Shown in pieces: positions 46,033 through 55,755 of a stretch of 58,422 bases of DNA. The stretch comes from Thermoanaerobaculia bacterium (GTDB lineage Bacteria > Acidobacteriota > Thermoanaerobaculia > JALWYX01). How positions within the stretch are numbered: position 1 is the stretch's first letter; every line of letters begins with the position of its first letter. The notes beneath the pieces are model-generated. The model ran no database searches and was not told the origin of the DNA. It saw only the letters and a list, made by a program, of their open reading frames with translations. The DNA lies in NCBI GenBank assembly GCA_027078415.1, contig JALWYX010000034.1, forward strand, positions 1 to 58,422, written 5' to 3'. The translations under genes were made by a program, and so were the position numbers.

Positions 46033-47200
46033 TCAAAGCTAACACCAAAGCTAAAGATAGGGGGTAAGTAATAACAGCTAAATGAAAAACAAAAAATGTT
46101 GTAGCAGCAACAACGAGAGAAATTAACAAAGGAATATATTCTAAAGTAGCTTTTTTTAACAACGTATAGATTAAGTAAAGAAGGGATAAAAATCCTACTA
46201 ACCCTGTTTCTGCAGCGATTTGAAGATATTCGTTATGCGCGTGTGTAAAGTAAGAGTATCTGTGATGCTTATAGAATGTCTCTCCTTTACTCAGCAAACT
46301 CTCTTTATAAAGTGCAAAATCAAACTTAAATCCGCCAAAACCAACACCTGTCAGTGGATTTTCTTCTATCATATACTTAGCCACTTTCCATCCGTCCAAT
46401 CTACCTGTAAGCAGAGAGTTGATATCTGGATTTTTCAATTTGTCACGAAATCTTGGAACTAACAGAAAAAATGCAAGAAAAACGATCACACTAGTTACTA
46501 ACACAGGTAGAAAAAATCTATAAGACCTATAGTAAACCAAAGTTAATACACCTATAAACAAAGAAACTACAGCTGTGAGAGTCTGGGTGAGAAAAATAGC
46601 ACCAACTATAACAGTTGCAATTACTATATCTACTCTTGTAGGTTTTACTGTAACTATAAAAAAAGCAACTAAAAGGTACAACGCTAGATCTGCAGGATTA
46701 CCCATAAATACACCGTACTCCATTCTTCTTGCCCCTATAGGGTCAACAAAGATAAAAAAATCTATTCCTAGAACTTTAGCAAATAGTACCAAACTAAGTA
46801 TTAAAGCTGGGATACGTATAAGCTTTAAAATCTTACCAAGATGAGTTAAGTTGAGACTGTTTTTTACCACAATATAAAAAAATAGCCATATGATCACGTT
46901 TAGCAGTTTCTCAATACCAGATAAGGGCACACGAGATAACATAGCAGTAAAACCAAACCATACAACCAACCCGATAGCTATAAACTCTTCTTTATCCAAT
47001 TTAAGTTTTTCCAAATTAAATATCAGCAAACCTACAACAGATAATGCCAGGGTAGTAGATAATACTAATTTGGGAAAGCGGAAAGGATAAATAGAGTTTG
47101 CATGAAAGAAAAAGGGAGGTAAAATTATGAGTATACCTAATATAAAACGAGAAAGATTGTATGTAACTTTTGCTATCATAAGAATGTGATTAATATACAA
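46007..47200 (-). CDS. O-antigen ligase/polymerase-like membrane protein (Wzy_C domain)
   Basis: 397 aa, >=10 TM, periplasmic-loop signature HAHNEYLQIAAETGLVGF. Start is TTG 47200 or ATG 47179. Confidence 0.78.
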   Translation of the reverse strand: MYINHILMIAKVTYNLSRFILGILIILPPFFFHANSIYPFRFPKLVLSTTLALSVVGLLIFNLEKLKLDKEEFIAIGLVVWFGFTAMLSRVPLSGIEKLLNVIIWLFFYIVVKNSLNLTHLGKILKLIRIPALILSLVLFAKVLGIDFFIFVDPIGARRMEYGVFMGNPADLALYLLVAFFIVTVKPTRVDIVIATVIVGAIFLTQTLTAVVSLFIGVLTLVYYRSYRFFLPVLVTSVIVFLAFFLLVPRFRDKLKNPDINSLLTGRLDGWKVAKYMIEENPLTGVGFGGFKFDFALYKESLLSKGETFYKHHRYSYFTHAHNEYLQIAAETGLVGFLSLLYLIYTLLKKATLEYIPLLISLVVAATTFFVFHLAVITYPLSLALVLALNDTKSWKS

Positions 47201-47218
47201 TTTTAACGCAATTAAGGT

Positions 47219-48034
47219 ATGGAATTTGTATCGCCGTTACGTTCAGTAAAGTTTGGGTTAAGAATAAGTGGTTACAGGATAGAAGTTCTTAGGGATCTTC
47301 TTTTTGAGTTAGTGAAAAAGGATTTAAAAGTACGTTATAGGCGTTCAGTTATTGGATTTCTTTGGACTATGCTTCAACCTCTTCTTATGATGGGAGTGAT
47401 GTATATAGTATTTAGCGAAGTATTCAGATTCAACATTTCAAACTACCCTGTATATGCATTAGTAGGAATTTTATTTTGGAACTTTTTTTCTCAAAGCGTC
47501 ATATCTGCTATGAACAGTCTAAGGTTCAATTCTGGAATAATACAGAAAATGCCTGTACCTCCATGGATATTCCCAGTATCTTCAGTTATTTCTGGAACAA
47601 TAAACCTAGGGTTATCCTTTATACCACTTGCAATTATTCTACTTCTCACGGGACACAAGCCAACAATATACCTATTCTTCCTTCCGATATCTATCATCAT
47701 CATCACCATATTCACTCTAGGAGTAGGATTAATACTATCTCCTCTGGCTGTTTTCTTCTACGATGTTACAGAGTTAGTTGGAGTCTTATTAATACTCCTT
47801 ATGTACATAACACCCACTTTTTATCCTATGAGTATAGTTCCTCCAAAATTTTTCTGGATAGTATATCTAAACCCTCTGCGATCTATGCTAGAAGTTTTTA
47901 GAGATCCGATCTATCTGGGTAAGATCCCTCCAACATCTCACTTATCTGCATCTATAGCACTGGGAATCTTAAGCATGTTGATAGGAGTATACATTTTTAA
48001 AACACAAAGTAGAAAAATAGCATTTCACCTATAA
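47219..48034 (+). CDS. wzm: ABC-2 type polysaccharide/O-antigen export permease
   Basis: 271 aa. LVKKDLKVRYRRSVIGFLWTMLQPLLMM and 6 TM helices. Confidence 0.88.
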   Translation: MEFVSPLRSVKFGLRISGYRIEVLRDLLFELVKKDLKVRYRRSVIGFLWTMLQPLLMMGVMYIVFSEVFRFNISNYPVYALVGILFWNFFSQSVISAMNSLRFNSGIIQKMPVPPWIFPVSSVISGTINLGLSFIPLAIILLLTGHKPTIYLFFLPISIIIITIFTLGVGLILSPLAVFFYDVTELVGVLLILLMYITPTFYPMSIVPPKFFWIVYLNPLRSMLEVFRDPIYLGKIPPTSHLSASIALGILSMLIGVYIFKTQSRKIAFHL

Positions 48035-48037
48035 AAA

Positions 48038-48829
48038 ATGGGTATTCCAATAGTTGAGCTTAAGAGAGTCTCTTTGAAATACAGACTAGCAAGACAAAAA
48101 ACACCCACTTTCAAAGAGTATATGATCCATTGGATCAAAGGTGTACTGGTATACGAAGATCTGTGGGCATTACGCGATGTATCACTAGAACTATACAAGG
48201 GAGATATGATAGGAATAGTAGGCAGAAACGGTGCTGGTAAAAGTACCCTTCTTAAAGTAATAGCAAAGATACTTAACCCAACCTCGGGAGAGTGTATAGT
48301 AAGAGGCAGGGTATCCCCGCTATTGGAACTAGGTATAGGATTCGACATGGAATTATCCGGATATGAAAACATATACTTAGCAGGGCTATTTTTAGGACAT
48401 ACAAAAAAAGAGATAGCAACTAAAATAGACGAAATAGTAGAGTTTGCTGAGCTAGAATACTTTATAAATTCTCCAGTTCGTAACTATTCTTCAGGTATGG
48501 TTGCACGTCTTGGCTTTGCCATAGCTACGGCGTGGAGACCTGAGATACTTATAGTAGATGAAATATTATCGGTGGGAGACTTAGCGTTTGGTAAAAAATG
48601 TATAGAACGGATAAAGGAATTCCGCTCACAAGGTACTACAATACTTTTGGTAAGTCATGCAGGTAATATAGTAGAAGAATTGTGTAACAAAGCAGTCTGG
48701 TTGGAAAAAGGAATAGTATACGCTGCTGGAGATACAGAAGAAGTCATAGAAAAATACTACAACTTTATAAAATCTATAACTAACGAAGAATGTCGTAGAG
48801 AAGCAATTTTTGCAAGACAAGCTCTTTAA
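48038..48829 (+). CDS. wzt: polysaccharide/O-antigen ABC transporter ATP-binding protein
   Basis: 263 aa. Walker A GRNGAGKSTLLK, signature YSSGMVARLGFA, Walker B ILIVDE. No C-terminal carbohydrate-binding domain. Confidence 0.9.
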   Translation: MGIPIVELKRVSLKYRLARQKTPTFKEYMIHWIKGVLVYEDLWALRDVSLELYKGDMIGIVGRNGAGKSTLLKVIAKILNPTSGECIVRGRVSPLLELGIGFDMELSGYENIYLAGLFLGHTKKEIATKIDEIVEFAELEYFINSPVRNYSSGMVARLGFAIATAWRPEILIVDEILSVGDLAFGKKCIERIKEFRSQGTTILLVSHAGNIVEELCNKAVWLEKGIVYAAGDTEEVIEKYYNFIKSITNEECRREAIFARQAL

Positions 48830-49850
48830 CACGAGAAAAGGAGAAATATTGAAATGCTTCACTTAAAAGAGTAGTAACAATTTTCTCCCTATAGGAAGAT
48901 TCAAACAAGGACTCTATATTCTCCACCCAGTCGTGAACGTCTTTGCATTCTAGTATAGCTTCTTTTACACCTAGCATCTCAGATACGAGTGAGTTACCCA
49001 CCACAGGCAGATAATATTGCCAAGCATCTAGTACTTTTACAGGAATTCCTGTTCCGGTGATTCTAGGTGCAACAACAAATACAGATTTTTCGAAAAAGGG
49101 GGTTAGGTCATCAGGTGAATAATAGATACTACTCTTAGCTAAATAACGCTCTATCCTCCTTCGCTTTTTATAAGAAGGTCGCTTACCTACCAAAACAAAC
49201 TTCTTTTTATATTTGTTAGGTAGAACGCTATAGATATTCTCAAACCACCATATAAGCGAATAATAATTAACAAAATAGTTGAGGTTACCTGTAAAAATAA
49301 AAACGCTTCCTTTTCGCTTTTTATAAATCTTGGGTACAAAAAATATAGGTATCCATTCTACATTATTTAAACCTTCACTCCTAAATATTTCTACGTCGCG
49401 TGGCGATACAAAGGTGGCTAGAAGAGCATTTTTTATTCCACTTTTTTCTCTAACAAAAACTTTACGCGCTTCTAGTATAAGCAAAGGAGCAAATAACGGA
49501 TAGTAAATACTTCTCTGATAAAAATTTAAAAACAGTGGATCGATACAATCGAAGATAACTTTACAGTCAACATTTGTAATAAAAGATAGCCGTGAAGTTA
49601 AAACAATAAGTAATTCTGGTTTTGATAGTCTCAAGATTTCAAGTAGAGAACGATCAAGAAATAGCGATTCTTGAAACGAAATATCAAAAGGAAACCTAAA
49701 AGTTGGCAAATGTCTGGTAACAGGAACGATATTTACAGTAAAATATTCTTCCAAAAATTTTTTCCATTGAAGAGCACGCAACTGATAACCGTAACGTACA
49801 GGATATAACTTTCCTGGAATAAGAATTAAAGCTTTTCCTAACTTAGCCAA
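48780..49850 (-). CDS. glycosyltransferase (GT-B fold, GT4-like)
   Basis: 356 aa. C-terminal half FTGNLNY...VLVGKRP...VAPRITGTGIPVKVLDAWQYYLPVVG resembles the nucleotide-sugar-binding half of GT4 enzymes. The N-terminal half is not recognised. Confidence 0.6.
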   Translation of the reverse strand: MAKLGKALILIPGKLYPVRYGYQLRALQWKKFLEEYFTVNIVPVTRHLPTFRFPFDISFQESLFLDRSLLEILRLSKPELLIVLTSRLSFITNVDCKVIFDCIDPLFLNFYQRSIYYPLFAPLLILEARKVFVREKSGIKNALLATFVSPRDVEIFRSEGLNNVEWIPIFFVPKIYKKRKGSVFIFTGNLNYFVNYYSLIWWFENIYSVLPNKYKKKFVLVGKRPSYKKRRRIERYLAKSSIYYSPDDLTPFFEKSVFVVAPRITGTGIPVKVLDAWQYYLPVVGNSLVSEMLGVKEAILECKDVHDWVENIESLFESSYREKIVTTLLSEAFQYFSFSRVKELVLQKLLLYDILR

Positions 49851-50674
49851 AACTCTTCAAGCCAACTGCACAGGCTACTCTTTTTCTCAGCAAAACATTC
49901 ATACGCCAACATTTCTAAATATTTTATCTGTTCATATTCGAAAAAATTAGGTTGTGGACCTTTCTTTAGAATAGGTTGCATAGCAAAAAAACGTTTTCCC
50001 AAAACGGTATCTGAAATCTTATGAGATAAAGAATATGTCAAATCGAAAATCATAGGTATAATAAAATCGTACCATGAGGAGGTAAAACGTTCAGGGCTAA
50101 CAGATCTGTAAAGCTCTCCAGTTCCCAACTTAAGTACCACTATATTCTCTATATATCCTTTAGACAAATATAGCGCAGCTAAAGAAGGGTCCGCTATATA
50201 TATTCCTCCGTCTATCATACCCTGCCAAGGAGCAAAGAATCCAGGAACAGCTATAGTAGCTGTAGCGATATCTGCAATCTTGGATGTAGGATAATTTTCT
50301 CTCGTTACAATTTCTCCCTCCCATCTAAAGGCACCGTTACATTTTTTACTCAACGAAACAACGATCACCGCTACTTCTTTTCTTAGATCATTCAACTTTG
50401 CATCACCAAAATAACTTTTAGCTATTTCGTGAAAGCGATCTATAGATAAGGTTCCTTTTTTGAGTTCTTCTACTAAACTAGAAAAAAACCGTTCTATTGC
50501 AAACAGGTCTTTTTCAGCAGCTAAAGAAAGAGCTAAAATACCTCCGCTAGATGTACCTAAAAAGGTATCTACCGTATTGAGAAACTCTTTGTAAATAGCC
50601 AATATTTTCTTTAAGAATACTATCTGAATAATACTCTTTATTCCTCCACCAGGTAGAGAGAGAAATCGCATCAT
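49838..50674 (-). CDS. patatin-like phospholipase
   Basis: 278 aa. Oxyanion GGGIKS, nucleophile elbow GTSSGG (GxSxG), catalytic Asp in IDGGIY (DGG). ATGA overlap with the radical SAM gene. Confidence 0.85.
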   Translation of the reverse strand: MMRFLSLPGGGIKSIIQIVFLKKILAIYKEFLNTVDTFLGTSSGGILALSLAAEKDLFAIERFFSSLVEELKKGTLSIDRFHEIAKSYFGDAKLNDLRKEVAVIVVSLSKKCNGAFRWEGEIVTRENYPTSKIADIATATIAVPGFFAPWQGMIDGGIYIADPSLAALYLSKGYIENIVVLKLGTGELYRSVSPERFTSSWYDFIIPMIFDLTYSLSHKISDTVLGKRFFAMQPILKKGPQPNFFEYEQIKYLEMLAYECFAEKKSSLCSWLEEFWLS

Positions 50675-52236
50675 TCCAGTTTGCCTCTTGAAGAAGTTCT
50701 AAAAAAGTGCCAATGGAGTTCACCTTCTAAGCTACTAAAAACGTATTTATCAACTAAATCGCTGTTCCGTCTTAAAAGTGAAGATATTGGAACTCCTAAT
50801 GCTGCCTCTTCAAGAAGAGAACTAACATCCTCTCTACCTCTCGATATTAACGTATGCCATACAGCCATTTTATACGACGGTAGTGAAAAGCGCAGATTAG
50901 GAATTTTAGCAAATTCTTTCTTTAACAACTTTAACTTTCTCTTTACTTCAAGTTTGGAAGGAAAAGCTAACCTTTGCCAAGGAGTAAACGGTTTAGGTAC
51001 CAGAATATTTACTCCTGCAGTTACTTTTCCTATAAAACCTTTACCAACAGCGTGCTTTTTCATAATTGTTACAGACTTTTTAAGCAACGTAACTATCGAT
51101 TGGACATCGTCTAAAGTCTCTTCAGGTTGTCCTATAATAAAGTAAAGTTTTAAAGAGTTAAAACCGTGTTTGAAAATCAACTCTATCTTTTCTAAAAGAG
51201 TAGCATCCGATATAGGTTTACCCATTTTAGCTCTCAAGGCTTCATTCCCTGTTTCTGGAGCTAAAGTTATAGAGCGAGCTCCGGAGGCATAGAGTGCCGA
51301 AAGTACAGCATCATTTACCGCAGGAATCCTTATAGAAGAAACAGAACAGCGAAAACCCTTTGATATAGATCTCAGGAGTATCTCTTCTATTTGAGGGTGA
51401 TCACCTACGGCAGTTGCTAGAAAGCCTATTCTATTTGTTATTCCCTTCAACTCTTCCAAAGCTTCTAGAATATATTCTGTTGGATGCCACCTAAACTTTC
51501 CCATTCCAAAAGTAGCCCAACAGTACTTGCACTTTTCGGGGCAACCTCTCGACATTTCTATAAGTGCCATATTGGAAAATTCGGTAAATGGAGTAACTAT
51601 AACGGAAACTGGTAAAAAGCCTTTTTGCCTCATTTGATGCTCTGTAAGTTCTAACTTCTCAAGTTTGTTTTTTTTCAGAAGTGAATAATCGTGAAACTTA
51701 GGAACAAAAAAACCTGGTGTATATGCAAGAAGCTCTAAAAACTGCTCTTTAGTTGTATACCTTCTGAGTAAAAATGGAAGCATATTTTCCGCAGCGCCTA
51801 GGCATATAACATCAAAAAACGGCGAGAAAGGAATAGGATTTATATTCGCAGCTGAACCTCCCAATATAAGAATTGGAAAATTTTCATCCCTTTCTTTGCT
51901 TCTAAAAGGTATACCTACATGTTTTAACATTTTAAGAAGATTAACTATATCGTCTTCAAAAGAGATAGAGAACGCAAGAATATCAAATTGATCGAAAGAT
52001 CTTCCAGATATACTTTTTCGTGAATTCAAAACAGAATCCAAAAAGAATCGATCTATGCCCCAATCGTTCACAGTAGCAGCGACCTCTAACACACGTTGAA
52101 ATCCTAAAGATGACATTCCTATATAGTAAGTATTGGGATAACCAACACCTATCAAAAACTTGCCGTAACTAGGAATTTTTTTCCTAAATATCTCTGCATT
52201 CAAATTTATACCACTTACAGTTTTCAACTGCTGCAT
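50671..52236 (-). CDS. radical SAM protein with N-terminal B12-binding-like domain (TIGR03960-like, function unknown)
   Basis: 521 aa. CxxxCxxC in EMSRGCPEKCKYCW. N-terminal VGYPNTYYIGMSSLGFQRV resembles the uncharacterised rSAM family often fused to DUF2344. No extra Cys clusters (no SPASM). Confidence 0.75.
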   Translation of the reverse strand: MQQLKTVSGINLNAEIFRKKIPSYGKFLIGVGYPNTYYIGMSSLGFQRVLEVAATVNDWGIDRFFLDSVLNSRKSISGRSFDQFDILAFSISFEDDIVNLLKMLKHVGIPFRSKERDENFPILILGGSAANINPIPFSPFFDVICLGAAENMLPFLLRRYTTKEQFLELLAYTPGFFVPKFHDYSLLKKNKLEKLELTEHQMRQKGFLPVSVIVTPFTEFSNMALIEMSRGCPEKCKYCWATFGMGKFRWHPTEYILEALEELKGITNRIGFLATAVGDHPQIEEILLRSISKGFRCSVSSIRIPAVNDAVLSALYASGARSITLAPETGNEALRAKMGKPISDATLLEKIELIFKHGFNSLKLYFIIGQPEETLDDVQSIVTLLKKSVTIMKKHAVGKGFIGKVTAGVNILVPKPFTPWQRLAFPSKLEVKRKLKLLKKEFAKIPNLRFSLPSYKMAVWHTLISRGREDVSSLLEEAALGVPISSLLRRNSDLVDKYVFSSLEGELHWHFFRTSSRGKLE

Positions 52237-52239
52237 ACT

Positions 52240-53520
<1,281 letters not shown>

Positions 53521-53550
53521 TTAAAATATAACTTTTTTTACCACAACAGG

Positions 53551-53556
53551 TATAAT
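53551..53556 (+). promoter_or_regulatory. candidate -10 hexamer (TATAAT) for the S8 protease gene
   Basis: Perfect TATAAT 19 nt upstream of the ATG at 53576 in the serS/protease divergent spacer. AAGGAGG SD at 53564-53570. No good -35. Confidence 0.3.
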
Positions 53557-53575
53557 ACCTTAAAAGGAGGAAAAA

Positions 53576-55096
53576 ATGAGAAAGTATCTGACACTTTTTG
53601 TTTTAACTGTATTCTTCAGTGTAATAGCTGTTCTATCTTTACCACCTATAATAAATGACGGAGAAGAACCTCAAATTTCCGACGAGTGGGAGCCCAATCT
53701 ACCTGTAAACGAAACTATATCTCCTTTTTTACCTGACGAGCCTCCTAACAACGAAGAGGAAACAGAGGGTATAGACAAAGGTAATACAACTGGAGAAGAA
53801 GTATTAGAGATACCTATGGGATTATATGCGTCTTTACGCCGCTACGCGTCAGATCATATATTAGTAAAATTTAAGAAAGGCTTTGAAGAAGAGTTTTTTC
53901 CTTTAGTAGCAGCTGCTTCGGGTGCCAGTCTGATAGAACCCATGTCAATAGAACGTGTTGCTAAAGTGTATGTAGGAGAAGAACAAAGTGTAGAATCTCT
54001 CCTTAATAAGTTTAGGGAAAGTAGAATAGTAGAATGGGCAGAGCTAGATTATTACGCTTTTCCTGCAATAGCTGGAGTTCTTTTACGTCCAGAAGATATA
54101 AACGATCCTCTTTATCCGCTTCAGTGGCATTTAAAGAGAATAGGTTTTGAAGAAGCTCTGAGGCGTAATCCATCTGCGGGAGAAGGAATTACAATAGCTG
54201 TTATAGATACCGGTGTATCCTACGGTGATGGGAATAGCTTTCCATCTATGAAAGCACCCGATCTTGAAACTGCTAAATTTGTAAACGGCTGGGATTTTGT
54301 TGATAACGATCCTTTTCCTTACGATGAAGGTTCTCTTATACCTGAGTCTATTTACAGTATAGGACACGGAACTTTTGTAGCTACCGAGATTGCAGCGGGT
54401 CTAGGTAACGGTTTGGCTGGAGTAGGAATATCACCAAACGTTTCCATAATGCCTATAAGGGTTCTTGATACTGACGGGTTTGGTCTCTACAGTTGGATCG
54501 CTGAAGGAATAAGATACGCTGCTGATCACGGAGCGGACGTGATAAATCTTAGTTTAGGAGGACTTTCCTCTTCTCAAGTGCTTCAAGAAGCGGTAATATA
54601 CGCTTATAATAAAGGAATCACTCTAGTTGCAGCAGCTGGTAATTTAGCTACGAAACCGGAGTTTAACGGTGACGTTTTATATCCTGCAAAATACCCCCAA
54701 GTTATAGCAGTAGGAGCAACTAGCTATCGAGGTGGAAGAGCCTCCTATTCAAATTATGGACCCAACATATTTATAACCGCTCCTGCAGGAGAAACATCGT
54801 CCAGTATAGTAGACAATAACAAGAGAGATGCTGTTTTGTCTGTGACTTTTGTAATAGATACAACGACAGGAGAAGTAACGTACGGCGCCTTCTGGTTTAA
54901 TGGAACCTCATTTGCCACTCCTCAAGTAAGTGCTGCCGTTGCACTTATACGAGCACTCGGAGTTACAGATAACGAAGCAATAAAGTTAATGTTAAGAGAA
55001 ACAGCTATAGATAGAGGTTTAGCGGGATTCGATGAACATACAGGACATGGCGAGCTCAACTTAGAAAGATTACATAAAGGTATAGGATTTAATTGA
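53576..55096 (+). CDS. S8-family subtilisin-like serine protease with N-terminal anchor and I9-like propeptide
   Basis: 506 aa. Signal/anchor LFVLTVFFSVIAVL, propeptide-like HILVKFKKG, triad blocks AVIDTGVS (Asp), HGTFVATE (His), NGTSFATPQVSAA (Ser). Confidence 0.9.
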   Translation: MRKYLTLFVLTVFFSVIAVLSLPPIINDGEEPQISDEWEPNLPVNETISPFLPDEPPNNEEETEGIDKGNTTGEEVLEIPMGLYASLRRYASDHILVKFKKGFEEEFFPLVAAASGASLIEPMSIERVAKVYVGEEQSVESLLNKFRESRIVEWAELDYYAFPAIAGVLLRPEDINDPLYPLQWHLKRIGFEEALRRNPSAGEGITIAVIDTGVSYGDGNSFPSMKAPDLETAKFVNGWDFVDNDPFPYDEGSLIPESIYSIGHGTFVATEIAAGLGNGLAGVGISPNVSIMPIRVLDTDGFGLYSWIAEGIRYAADHGADVINLSLGGLSSSQVLQEAVIYAYNKGITLVAAAGNLATKPEFNGDVLYPAKYPQVIAVGATSYRGGRASYSNYGPNIFITAPAGETSSSIVDNNKRDAVLSVTFVIDTTTGEVTYGAFWFNGTSFATPQVSAAVALIRALGVTDNEAIKLMLRETAIDRGLAGFDEHTGHGELNLERLHKGIGFN

Positions 55097-55113
55097 TTAA
55101 ATAAGGAGGAGAT

Positions 55114-55713
55114 ATGAAAATAAAAACAGGAGTCATTTTCTTTTCTCTGTTGGCTTCCACGCTACACGCTGCTAAACCGAGATTTGCAATAGGTGGACAT
55201 ATAGGAACTTTTGATATGACTAACGCACAAAAAAGCTACAACGCTGTGTATGGAGATCCGATTTTGACAGTAGGATTTGACGCAGAAATGATCATATTAA
55301 AAGGTTTAGCCTTCCACTTAACGATAGAAACGGGATCGGTCGAAGGGCGCCAAGTGATATTGACACCAAATCCTCAGCCTACAGACCAAAAATCAACATT
55401 CTCTATGACACCTATCCACTTAACTGTAGGGTATCTTTTCGGTGAAAAAAAACCTTGGTCTTTTCTAGCGGGAGGTGGAATTACGACAGTAGAATGGAGT
55501 GACACTAACTCCCTAAGAAGAACTTCAGGGAACTCAACCGGCTTTCACGTACTACTTAGTATAAGAAAAGAATGGGAAAAATTTAACGTAGGAGCTAACT
55601 TACGTTATTCATCAATACCTAATGCTATAGGTAGAGGGGGAGTATCAAGATTCTACGGCGAAGATGATATAGGAGGTTTATCTATAGATATAATCTCTAT
55701 GTATAAATTCTAA
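55114..55713 (+). CDS. small outer-membrane beta-barrel protein
   Basis: 199 aa. Signal peptide (..LASTLHA-AKP), alternating hydrophobic beta-strand pattern, aromatic C-terminus MYKF. GGAGG SD. Confidence 0.55.
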   Translation: MKIKTGVIFFSLLASTLHAAKPRFAIGGHIGTFDMTNAQKSYNAVYGDPILTVGFDAEMIILKGLAFHLTIETGSVEGRQVILTPNPQPTDQKSTFSMTPIHLTVGYLFGEKKPWSFLAGGGITTVEWSDTNSLRRTSGNSTGFHVLLSIRKEWEKFNVGANLRYSSIPNAIGRGGVSRFYGEDDIGGLSIDIISMYKF

Positions 55714-55755
55714 TCTCCCCGCAAACTCTGAAACTAACAGAGGAAGTAGCAGTGT

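Noticed and set aside
47476-47901. 141-aa same-strand alternative-frame ORF within wzm (His-rich stretch HHHHHIH)
   Set aside because: The wzm frame gives a canonical ABC-2 permease with 6 TM helices. The alternative-frame His run is simply ATC/ATCATC repeats of Ile-rich TM codons read out of frame.
50681-51145. 154-aa plus-strand ORF inside the radical SAM gene; similar shadows at 30690-31076 (murD) and 32721-33128 (murE)
   Set aside because: They are antisense to well-supported genes, with no SD and no family features.
50671-52236. Radical SAM gene as an anaerobic sulfatase-maturating enzyme for the sulfatase-like protein at 55756-58419
   Set aside because: It has no SPASM/twitch auxiliary Cys clusters. 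The sulfatase-like domain has Thr rather than Cys/Ser-x-P-x-R at the nucleophile site. The genes are 3.5 kb apart in different transcription units.
55726-55742. CTCTG-N7-CAGAG hairpin between the convergent OM-barrel and sulfatase-like genes as a bidirectional terminator
   Set aside because: It has only a 5-bp AT/GC-mixed stem and no flanking T or A tracts, so it is too weak to call.
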